This document shows positions 36,301 through 48,275 of a stretch of 64,000 bases of DNA, in pieces. The stretch is from Psammoneis japonica (taxonomy: Eukaryota), in contig QPGO01000151.1 in the NCBI GenBank assembly GCA_008632985.1, positions 124,001 through 188,000 of the forward strand, read 5' to 3'. Under the pieces are notes generated by a model. The model did no database searches and was not told the DNA's origin. It was given only the letters and a program-made list of their open reading frames with translations. A program made the position numbers and the translations under genes. The stretch's first letter is position 1, and each line of letters begins with the position of its first letter.

Positions 36301-39050
36301 CTGAGGTGCAACCAAGCCTTCAGAAGAATGGAAAGAATGACAAGGTCTTCATGCTCCAGAATGACAACAAGCACGGTGGGATCCCAATGGTCGTTTCAAA
36401 CCTTGAGAATTGTCGGCACTCCACCATGAGCAAGCACCAGGAAAATTGCACTCCCAAAGATGCGATTCATGAGGCTGCTGCCATGCTTCAACAAAAGTGC
36501 CATGGCAGTGCAAAGGGTCTGCGTGGGATGTGCACAGCACTGATCATGAGCCTGTGCTAGATTGGCTCTGCATGAGTGGTGTCAACAAGTCTTACACAAG
36601 ACTTGTTCTCAAGTCTTTCCATTGACTTGGCACGCACAAGAATTCTGGTTTCTTGGAAAAGAACACCATCGCGCATTTGCACTCTGGCTAAAATGGTCTT
36701 GCAATTTTACACACAACAGGAAATCTCCATCTCTACAACACAAGTGCTTGTTCCCTGTTTCTGCATGGTCATGGCAATGTCACTCCTGCCAAGTGCAAGA
36801 ACAGTCTACATTCAATCAACTGACCATGACTGTCTGCCGCTCTGCAGAGAAGAGTGGAGTGCAACAGAATGTCGTTTGCCTGTTCTCTGTGACTGTTCAG
36901 CCAAGAGGGCAGCAGAAAGCAAAACAAACCTGAAGATGACCCTGAAGATGACAAGATGAAGTCAGTGGATGACCCAATTCTGTGCAAACAACCAAGGCCC
37001 AAGGATCCAGGGCCCTGCACCAAGCAAGTTGACATTGGCAGCAAAGGAGCAAATTTCAATGACATCAGACATGATGTGTGACAGTGCGTGCATGCTCCAC
37101 AGCATGGGTGATCATGGCATCATGCCCCACTGATGATTGCTGGACATTGAAATGTCAAGTCGAGCAACTTGAGAAGATGTCAGCTCAGAAAACAACTGGC
37201 GCACGCGATGAAGAAAAACTCAATGTCACCATTGAATGGGCCGCAAAAATGCATTGCAAGTGATGACACCAAGGCAGACAGAGAACTTTGTGCCTTCAAA
37301 AAGAGTGCATGCCTCTCTGATTGCTCTGATGCTGACACCGATGACGTGGCAGCAAAGCATCTTCAAGAATGACGGCCAAAATGGCAGTGACCTGCAAGCG
37401 GCTTGGACAGCTTGACAAATGTCTTGATGCTCCTGTGTGCAGCACTCACTTGTTCACGTTCTGGAGGCCACACATGGCAAAATGTCCACTGAAAATGTCC
37501 AATGAAATGATGATGACAATGACTCCCTTCGTGTGTGAGAAGGTGGCATGATGTGCTGTTGGACACAACAAAAAATGTCCCTCAGCAGCAGTGGGACCCA
37601 TCTTTCACTCGTGCAACCTTGTCACAGGGGTGAGTGCAGCATGCATCCCTGCCGCAGCTGCCAATGATGCCACTTTCCTGCATCTGCAGGCTGTCCGCAG
37701 CAATGCTGATCCCGCAGAAGCACGCATTAGATGGAAAACGCAACTCCCAGTGCAAGACCCACAACAGGCTGCTGGAGTTTCATGCAACTGAGACTGGCAT
37801 GACTGGTCATCCCACCAGCAACTCATCTTGCATGAAGGGTCTGTGCAGGACGTGTGCAGCACCAAGTGCGAGCCTGCAGATTGGCTCCGCATGAGCATCA
37901 ATGAGGCTTGCTGCAAAAGACTCACTCTCAAGTCTTTCCAATGACTTGTCATACAACAATGACTCTGTTTTCTTGGGAAAGAACACCAAGCGCATTTGTG
38001 CTGCAATTAAAAAGTTTCATGATTTTACACACAACAGGAAATCTCTGTCTCTGCGATGCACAAGCACTTGTTCCCCATTTCTGCACAGGTCAAGAGGTTG
38101 ATGATGACTGCGGTCATTGTCATGTGACACCTGACTGATTTCTTGTTTTTGTGTGACCTGCAATTGGGTGTGAACATGAACAATTTCTGTGCACTCAAAA
38201 ATGAAAACCACAAAACCTTGCTCAAATGACACACGGCAGTTTTAGGACAAATGTGCCACGGTGATGACCCCCCTTGAAAAGCTGTTTGCCAAAGCTTGAG
38301 GCTGCAAGAAAAACACCTGTCTGTCCTCTGCCTTTTGGTGTCTTTTTAAAGTCAATTTTGTTTTCAAAATTGATGGGTTCAATCACTGTGCAATGCTTCT
38401 CATGTCTTCTGACATTGTCAGCTGACATGATGTCATGCCTGCATTCACCACCATTTTCACATTCTGTGAACTGCGCCATCACTGCTGTTGCAAGCAGGGC
38501 CTTTTTTCACTTCAAGAGGACAGACCAGTCTTCAGCAGAATTCCATGTGGCAATGTGGCAAAATTTTTGCAGAGTTTTTTGGGCACCCAACTTGTGCAAC
38601 AAGCCAGCTGTTCAGCCATTGTGTCTCTTGCAACGGCAGCATGACAACTCCACTGTGCACACTCGCGTGTTGAATGATGTGGGCTTTTGAGCTCTCATGC
38701 ATTGTTGTTTTGCCTTGTTGCTTGCATTTTGCAAGAGCATGTGTTTGTGCAACAAGTTTGCAATGGACAGCACAAAAAACGAAAATGGTGCTCTGAGATT
38801 TTGACCCACATGCACAGTGACCGGGCATCAAGGGGCCTCAACAACCTGACAAACCATGTGTCTTGTCTGCCCAAGATGTGTGTGACAACAACTGGTGCAC
38901 CAGGCATCAAAGAGCCAGAAGACCTTGGTGATCACCTGTCCATCTGGAGATGTCAGTGTGCCTGACTCTGCACTCGTGTCGCCCATGCAGTGAGGATGCC
39001 AACTCACCATGGTCTGATGATTCTCTTTTGTTTTCAGCATGGAACCCGAA
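30300..39050. repeat. TpA-depleted block of degenerate TEs/pseudogenes
   Basis: Composition. Contains a diverged ~190 bp direct repeat at ~36597-36790 and ~37916-38125. Confidence 0.55.
32472..34382 (-). pseudogene. AAA-ATPase-like domain plus C-terminal PD-(D/E)XK nuclease-like domain protein, decayed
   Basis: CFTHPMQLGKS (cf. RPRRFGKS), VLVDECNQP (cf. IDEYD), WLTGIPP..SGLN and C-terminal RTDVTF...ALELK. Contains stops and frameshifts. Confidence 0.7.
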
Positions 39051-41488
39051 AGCACGACATAAAATGGTTGCATGATGCAGCATTGTAAGCGATTGTCAGA
39101 AGGAACGGGCCGAGAACCATTGGTGTTTCCATCGCCCCACATTCAGCCATCCATCCATAATCCATCCATCCACACCCATTCCATCCATCCAGCCAGCCAG
39201 CCACGCCATAGCGCCACTGTTCAGTCGGAGTTAAGCTCATGCGCCGACGCTTGATCACAGTCTGTGAGCAGTGTGACGCATTAAGAGGGTGGTTCAGAGA
39301 TCGCCTGGTGCACTTTTTACGCAGAAACTACACGAGAGCCAAGCACGTACATTCCTGCACAGATGCAGTGCAAAAACACAAAGCGGCACTCCATCACGAC
39401 TCCTCTCGACACACCACCTGACGACAATCCATCAAAATGGCATCGTCCGCATCTTTCTGTAGCTCCTCTTTCACTTGCCCCATTTCTCCAAAAAGGGCCA
39501 GGGACAGCTCATACATTTCTGTTGTGATAGAATGATGTAAGTGCAAGTTGTTTTTTCATTCCAAACTCTCAGAATGCAGTGCAACATGTTGTCAAGGCGA
39601 ACTCGCACGTTGGCGGTAACAACACCAGTGAATGTCCACTCCATGAAAACAACAGAGACATGATGCCCCAGAAAAATAAGCTCTACACTCCCATGATAAG
39701 TTGTGAAGCTAATTCTTCTTTTGGGCTTACACTCTTGTGCTGTTTTTGGAGACTTGGCATTGTGCATAATTTGCCCCGACTTTAACATCTAAATGTGTTG
39801 CACAGGCTTAGCAGATGAGGCAAATGAGTCACATATTTCTATATTATAAACTACCTTGTATCTGTAAGACTCAATGTAAGCCATCACAATCGCCATGGCT
39901 CGTTTCTCTGTCGAATAAAACTGCGCATCACCTTCTGGAGGCACGTCAAATGCGCGTCAAAATTGCTCGACGACAAATCTGAGCTGCTGAGAGCTTGAAC
40001 ATCTTCAGACACCACAGACCCAAGCTTCTATATTTATTATGAAGTCATCCGGATGCTGCATCTGTGACTTGGACTTGTCGTCAGACTGCCGTGGCCGTTG
40101 CAAGGTAGAAGTGACATTCAAAGCAAGCATTTCTCTCTCAGGGATGGCCCATGGCAAGGGAGACCCTACAGAACAAAACAACAATGAGGAAAGACAACAT
40201 ATGTGTAAGTTGAAAGAATATGAGCGTGTGAGTACTCAACGAAATGCACAGCATGAATGGTGATGCATAAGTTGCGTGTTGATGCAACAAAATCGGCGGT
40301 GTCAACACCAATCTTCAGTTCAAAATTTCACCATGATCTATCCATGTGAACCTGTGTACTCTCGAGCTTATCACATACCTTATGCTATGACGTGTGATAT
40401 TCCGTTGAGAGTACACTACAAAGTACCTCAGAAACAACCGTATTTTTGAAATCGGCGAAACGCCATTGTCCGTGTTATTTTGCGTGTTATTTTGCGTCGC
40501 GAGCCAGAAAACACACCCAAAAACTGTTCTACAGGGCGAAATGTACTGAATCTACACAGATTTGGGTTGTACCAGGCCACGTAGAAAATGAACGGGCCGA
40601 GAACTGTGGTACGCCCACTTAAAATATTTATGTTCAACTCTGTTTACACCTTTCCGATGTCAATTAAGCATCTGCAGTTACGCGGATGATTTATTTTCCT
40701 TAATTGATGAAGGTTTTCATTTGGATGTTAGGAAACATCCAATGACAACGAGAAGTCAGTTCATCGAATGCCTTTGTTCAAACCCGAAAGCGATCATACT
40801 GTTGAAAAATTAATCGGATGATACACCAGCTGAATACATATGTACATATATATTGAAATATTCACCTTAATAGCTGAATTTGTTCATTTTGCGTTTGTGT
40901 TTGAAATTTGGTGTCGCCCGCCGTGCGCACGTCGCCACGTAAAAATTCCAACGACTAATTTTTTGAACGCGATAGCTCACGAAAAAAGGCGATGCTCATT
41001 TAACCGCCGACGTAGAATCTACGTGGATCAGTACCAATCGGCATTGTTAGTTTCGGCCGCCGCATCACACATTTTGATCTCGCTGTCTGTTTCTGGCAGT
41101 GTGTTTTGCAACATCTCTTCGGTAAGCATGGCGACTTTTTGTCTTGTCAACAGTGTAATCTCCTATGGCTTCGTGGTTGTCGATGAGCGAGGAGGTTCCT
41201 TTCGCATCCGAAAGAAAGCGGTTGTATGCTTCTCGATCCGACGGTATGGTACTTTTGGGCGATTGACAATATAGTTCGCATAGTTGACTGGCGACGAATG
41301 GATCCAGAGCCATTTCGTTCGATAGAGAACACCAATTTCGTTGTTATAAATCAGAACTGTTGTGTTGAATCCGCGTGTTTGACTCTGAGCCATTGTCGTG
41401 GGTACATACAGCTGGGAAACATACTGTTTTTTTTTCAGTCGATCGCTCATACTTTTTTCTATACGCCCTGAAATGAAAAGCAGATACG

Positions 41489-43419
41489 ATGACGCTTTTC
41501 GATGAAGAGAGCGTCCCCGCAAAGCCGGCTTTGACGCATGAGGCCAAGCCTGCTAAGAAGGTGTCTTCCCTTCGTAAATGGGGACCCGCTATGGTTGCAG
41601 TCGGCGCTGTCCTTGCCTTCAACGGAGCCATGATGGGACCTACTGGATGCCGCATTCCTGAGCTTAGTGACGCCCAGGTCAGCAGCCGTAATCTGGCCGA
41701 AGCGCGTACCAAGGCCATTCTTGAAATGGACTACGATGTCAATGCCGACACCAAGCACTACCCGTCCCGAAATCTAAGTGAAGAGGACGGCGGAAACATG
41801 GAATACACCAGACGTCGCCATCGGTATTTGGGAGAGTATGTTCACATTGATGTGTCTGACCAGTTTTCTGCTTTCGGAAAATGGTCCACTGCAGTCATTT
41901 ACTTCGCATACTGGGTATTCCTCATGTTCCCCAACTGGTTTCTTCCCATTGGACGTCCCGGTATCGCCCTTGGCGGTGGACTTACCATGGTCGTCTGGCG
42001 TTACATCTTGCTGGTTGCCGGACAGGGTCCTGCCTTCGATGCTGAGCGCGTCATTATCATGGAGCCTCTTTTCTCCTCTTTGGTCTAATGCTTACCACTA
42101 TCTACCTCGAGAAGATGGAGCGCGGAGGACTCTTTGACAAGCTTCGAGACTCGCTCGACGACCCAGTCAACTGGAAACGTTCTGCCAAGATTATGGCCAT
42201 GTCTACGATTGGATCCGCCGCTGTCATGAACGACTCTATTGTGTTGATCTTCTCCGGTGTCGTCGTCGACCTTTGCGTCCGTCACAAGGTGGCCAACTCC
42301 CTCCCATACCTACTCTCCCTTGCCACTACAGCCAACATTGGTTCTGCGTTGACCCTCACCGGTAACCCGCAGAATATCTTGATTGTGTCTCTTGCTTATG
42401 ATGACATTGGCTGGCTCGAGTTTGCCGTGAACATGCTTCTCCCCGTTACTGCTGCCACCCTTATCAACGGCGCAATGATGTTTATCTACTACGCCGCTGA
42501 GCTCTTCCCTGGTTCCTCTGGATTCATGGAGAACTTGGGTATTATCTTTGCAGGAAACCGCACTCCCGAGATGCTTGCTCAAGAACACGCCTACTACGCT
42601 CGCCAGGCCGCTGCCAAGGAAGGTCAGCCCGCGGAAGAAGAAAACACTGGCTGGACTATTTGGTCGAAGATTCAAGTGGTTATTGTCATTGTCTTTCTTA
42701 TTTGCTTTGCTCTTGGATTTGACGTGTGTGTTGTGTCCATCTGCGCTGGTGCCATTCTTATGGTTATCGCTGCGTACAAGCGTCAGCACTATGATCCCCG
42801 TCCCGACACTACCGAGTACGATGCCGAGGGCAACCCACTACCTCCCAAGAAGACCTACGACATGGATGGTAACGAGATTGAACCTGAAGAAGAAGAGCTC
42901 GTCACCGAATCAGAGACCACGCTCACCGAGGTGGATTACGGTCTTTTGATGCTTTTCATTGGCCAGTTCCTCCTTATTGGTTCTTTTGATGACACTGGTG
43001 TCCCACAAGCTTTCTTCAGTCTTTCCATGGGAAGCTGTGCGGAACAGATGACAAGCGTTCCATGTGTTTACTGGTTCGTGATCATTATCACCATCCTCTC
43101 CAACGTTGCGTCCAACGTTCCTGTTTGCCAGATGCTTGCCGCTACCTTCCCTTATGCAAGCCCCTACGATTGGCTTCAGGTTTCTTTCTCAGCGACGATT
43201 GCTGGTAACTTGACTATGCTCGGATCTGCCGCCAACATGATTGTTGCCTTCCAGGCTGCCAAGGTTGGCGACCGTACGTTTACCTCAGAACGTCATGCAC
43301 CCTTTGGTATCCCATCGACTCTTATTTGCCTTTACGCTGGTACCTTTTTGCTTTCCACCTTCCACTTCATTCCCGAGTGTTCCGAAAGGCTTGGAGAGTG
43401 TGACAACGCTGCTGAGTAA
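41489..43419 (+). CDS. Lsi2: Lsi2-like silicon efflux transporter (ArsB/NhaD/citrate transporter superfamily); apparent 1 bp frameshift near 42073
   Basis: FLPIGRPG, ANIGSALTLTGNPQNILI, LSNVASNVP and TIAGNLTMLGSAANMIV motifs, with many TM segments. Adding one base near 42073 joins the two ORFs as EPLFLLFGLMLTTIYLE. Confidence 0.85.
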
Positions 43420-45326
43420 GCTCAACTGCAGCTCCATGTTGATGTTTTACTACTTGAAAAGACGTTTTATTAGCTTGAATGTAAATGACGTAGACAACCC
43501 ACAAAAACAGTTTCTAGTAGTTCGTAGCTAAAGGTTGCTTCGAATCCTTTAGAAATGGTAGCTAGAGCATACCATACATACTCTACATGTACCGGTACAT
43601 GCTATCATGAGGTTTTGATTACCTTGCAGCACGCGAGGATGAGATAATCCACAAAGCTATTACGTATTGTTTTTATAGGTCGCTGCAATCCTTTAGCCTT
43701 ACTAGACTACTTGGACTTGCAGCATCTCTGTGTTTGCCATACCTGGTACGACGATACGAAAGTGTTTCAACAAGAGGTTTCTTTTGGGCACAGAACGCCA
43801 GGATGAGATCTTTCAATCCAATGCTTTCCTTGAGTGTCCGTTCCGATTTGTGTCATTGTCAAAATCTTTTCTTTGATTCTTTTTGCAAGTCAGAAGCTGA
43901 TGCAGTGTGTTGAAAAAAAAGATCTGCACCATGCCAGGATTGCCACAGTTGCCTCTGTGTGCATCATCTTCAATTGCTTCATTGCTTGAATCCACAATGC
44001 TGAAGACTGATGGCATCAATTGCCATGTCTCAGAAGGAGCCTTGTTGTGTTCACTGACAGACTGTGTGTCAATCGGAAATTGGGCAGAATTTTAGACACG
44101 CAACATCACGATGACAACACAAGAAGCAGACATGCCATGAAGACCAATCACCTCCTTCCTGCAGAATGTGTTGCACACAATGCGTCTTCGATGTGTGTCA
44201 CAAAAACATGAGTGTTGTCAATTTTTGCTCCATTGTGTCTTGCTCAGAACTGGCAAAAGCTCTTCTTGGCTGGTGTCACTGACAGTGTGTTGGACTTGGT
44301 GTCATTTGGCAAGTCTGCACAAGAGGTGACAGCAATTTTGTTGACCCAGCAGTCTGTCAAAATCATGGATGCTGTGTCATTCATGGCTGCTCTTGGTGTC
44401 CTTGTTTGATGGACAGGAAAAGATCTCTTGGACCCAAGTTCATGCCACAACGCAGTGAGCAACCCATGCACTCTGCTTGCTGCTGTGAGAATCCAATCTG
44501 TGAGGGCATTGGATGCTGTCATTTTGGCATGTTTTGTCTTCCTGTTGGCCAGATCTGGGTGCATTGCTGCATGCCCCTTGGCACCCACACTGCCACAACT
44601 GGCACAATGGCAAAGATGGATGACCCTGGATAAAAAAATTGCTGAGATGAAGAGAAAGTCATGCACCCATTTCTCCTCCAAATTGCAATCCATAAAAGCA
44701 TGTCCAAATGAAGTGAAAAACATCTTTGCATCTCACAAAAGAATGAGTGCTGTCAATGTCAGCTCTGCTGGGTCTTGTGCAGAACTGGCAAAAGCTCTTG
44801 GTGTCCTTGGTTTGTGTTGTGCATCCTTTTTTCTTGTGCAAGCTTGAGCAGGACAATGACACTTCCTTGCACCACAAGAAAGTCTGCTCATGTCCACAAC
44901 AGCTCACAATGCTTGTGACAGCAAAAGAGTCACATGGCGCTAGCAGCTGCTGTTGCTGCACACAACAAACCAGTTCCCAAAACCCACAGATCAAACAAAG
45001 GATTTTTCAGATGTCCAAGCTTCTGCAGCTGTCGCACCTTCCACTGAAGCAGCATCATCAACTGCCAGCTGGCAGCACATTTTTTCAATTGTTGCCTTTG
45101 CACCAAAATGTCTGCCTCATCTTAGAACAGAAATGAGTCCAGGAGGAAAAACAACAGGAGCTTTTCCACCCGGCCTGGACTGGACCCACAGCCAACAACA
45201 TTGTGCACTTCGTGCAGATGAGCCTTCTTGCTGTGCTCTGATGCAAAATGCATTGCCAACATCTTGGCACAAACACCCAAAGGACCACACTCAGCAGATG
45301 ACATGATTCATGACTCAAGACAATGC

Positions 45327-48275
45327 CCAAGAGTTGTGCCAACTTTTGTTGTTGCAACAGTGCCCATCATTCTCATTGTCTTTGCCATGAATGAGTCAAT
45401 GCAACAAGAGCTTGTTGGCAATCTGTGGCTGCACCAAGCAAGCACCAATCATGATTTGTTGCCACAAGCTGGCACCTTCCATCTCAAACACACCCACCTC
45501 ATTGTCTGCAAAATGACTGCAATGCTGGTTTGCCAACAGTGCCCACTGCCATTGGAGCTGATCTTTTTTCTCCTTTGGCCACACTGCATGGATCACCAGG
45601 AGGATTGATGAAGGAGCACTTGTTGTTGTCATTGTTCTTTTTGCCATTGTTGCCATTGTTGTTGTTGTTGTTGTTGACCTCATGGTGCCACCAACACATT
45701 TGTCAGCATCCAATGTGGCAACATTTGTGCCATCTTGATCATGCCTTCCTCCTCCTTGACACTGTGGTGAACATGAGGTTGGTGCAGATTGTTGAAACAA
45801 CACTGGAGCAAGCCAGCTCACAGCCCCTTTCCATGCAACAAGGATGACAACAACCCACTGATGGATGTTGCTTGATTTCTTCCATGGCTGCCACTGTTGC
45901 CACAATCATGATCAGAGTCTGCATTGCTTTCATGATTGCTGGGGCCAGTGTTGCTGCATTTTTGGTTCTTCATCTTGGCCTCTTGGGCTCAGCCTTCTTT
46001 TCAGCAATGGCAATGTGCTTGCAGCTGCTGTGACCACTGCACTGCTGCCACTTTGACCACTCACCATGTTTGTTGTCATTGTCAGGTCCACAAAATGAAA
46101 TGGCATCCTTCATCATTGTTGTTCCCAAGCAGGCAACAATGGAAAGAAGGGATGCTGAAAAGATGTGCCGCAGTTTGTTGAGGAGGGCCTTGATGCTGCA
46201 CATGGGCTGGAACAAAAAAAGACAGATGAACAAAAGTCATCATCCAGTGGCATTCAAGGCAATTGAATGGCATGTCAAAAATGCCTGTGCAAGTCTGGTT
46301 TTGAACATTGGGGAGGGACACACAAGTGCTGCAACCCGGGCTGATTTGCTGCACTGCAATTGTCTCAATTGTCCATGCTGGGATTGGCTGTTGAAAGACA
46401 ATAAATGAGTCGACAAAGTCTTGGAGCTGTGCAGCTGAAACTTAAATTTGAGCAACTCAGAAGACAAAAGAATTGCGCAAAGGATTGACCCTGCTTGTTC
46501 TGTTTGGAACAGATTCAGATTTGCCAGCTGGACAAAAGAGAAGTGGTTGCTCCCACTGTGGGCTCTCTGAACTGGCTCTCATCCACTGGCATTGTGTGGT
46601 TTTGTGGCTGATCATTCCAGCCACTGCTTTCTTGTTGAAAACTTTTTGTCCACTCTCACTGAACAATGTCAATAAAATGACATTCATGGTGCTCTTCAAT
46701 GCTCAAACACCTGCGACTTGCATTGCAATGTGGATCACAAGGATGCAATCAAGGCACGGAGTTAGCATCAAAGGGGGCATGCACTCCATGGGCAGCAATT
46801 GCTCCCCAAGCTCCAAGGTGTTGTGGACCCCAAGAGTTGTGCTGCCTTTCATCATGACAACAGTGCCCATCATTGTTGTCTTTGCTGTGAAAGAGTTGAC
46901 ACATCAAGAGCTTGTCAGCAATCTGTGGCTGTTCCAGCAAGTGAGCATCAACCACAATTTCTTGCCACAAGCTGGGCACCCTCCATCTCGAACACCTCAC
47001 AGTTTGCAAAATGACTGTGATGCTGGTTTGAAAATGGTGCTGAGTCTGCTTTTGCACCACATGGAGCGCAAGGAAGATTTAGCATGTTGTTGTCATTGTT
47101 GTTGTTGTTGTTGTTGTTCTGTCCATGTCAGCATCCAAAGCATCAACAACAGCGCCATCTTGATGCCTTCCTTGCTCTTCCTCTTCTCAACTGTGGTGAA
47201 CATGAGGTTGATGCAGATTGTTGAAACAACGTTGGAGCAGCTCCAGCTTGTTGTCCCTCCCAAACAACAAGGATGATGACAACCCACTGAAAAACATTGC
47301 TTGATTTTTTGCATGGCTGCTGCTGCTGCCACAAGAGCTGTGATCTAAATCTGCATCCCTGCCATGACTGCTGTCGTTGTTGTTGTTGCCAGGGCCAGCA
47401 TTGCTGCATTTTCAGCCCTTTGTCTCAACCTTGGGCTCAGCCTCCTTTTTGGCAATGCCAATGCCCACAGAAGTGCCACAACCACTGCTGCTGCTGCTTT
47501 GGCCATGCTGCACTTGTTGTTGTCATCAGATCCATGAAATGAAACTGCATCCTTCATCATTGTTTGTCTTCAGAGAGATCACAAAATGAATGGCAAGCTT
47601 GTCCCAAAGCAGGCAACAATGAAAAAAAGGGATGCTGAAAAGATGCGCCACAGTTTCTTGAGGAGGGGGCTTGATGCCACACAGGGGGTGGGACAAAAGA
47701 AAAAAGACAGACAAACAAAAGTCATCATCCAGTGGCATTCAAGGCAATTGGATGGCACAACAAAGAAGCCCACACAAGTCTGGTTTTGAGTGTTGGGGAG
47801 GGAGACACAAGCACTGCAACCTGGACTGATCTGCTGCCTCACAATTTGATGCTTGAATTGGCTGTTGAACAACAATGAACAAATCAACAGCGTTGGAGCC
47901 ATGCATCCAAAACTTAAATTTGAGCAACTCAGAAAGCATGAGTGTTTGCACAAAGGATTGATCCTGCTTGTTTTGCTTGGAACAGAGTCAGATTTGCCAG
48001 CTGGACAAGAGAAGTGATTGCTCCCACTGTGGGGTCTCTGAGTTGGCTCTCATCCACTGGCATGTGGTTTTGTGAATGATCATTCCACTGCTCTGTTGAC
48101 AATTCCATGTCTGCTCTTGCTAAATGACGTCATCAAAAATGGTGGTTCATGGCACTCTTCAATGCTCAAACACCTCCTGCAACTTGTGTGGATCTCAAAG
48201 ATGCAATGAAGGCATGGAGTTGGCATCAAAGGGGGCATGCTCCATGGGCAGCAATTGCTCCAAGGTGTTGTGGAC
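45327..48275 (+). repeat. Diverged ~1.5 kb tandem duplication (about 45327-46828 and 46829-48275)
   Basis: Colinear shared segments, e.g. CCAAGAGTTGTGC...GCAATCTGTGGCTG, AAACTTAAATTTGAGCAACTCAGAA and GCATCAAAGGGGGCATGC...CCAAGGTGTTGTGGAC. Confidence 0.8.

Noticed and set aside
39100..40615. Shared GAACGGGCCGAGAAC at ~39102 and ~40590, and a CCAT microsatellite near 39145-39190
   Set aside because: Too short to define an element; same orientation and no TSD seen.
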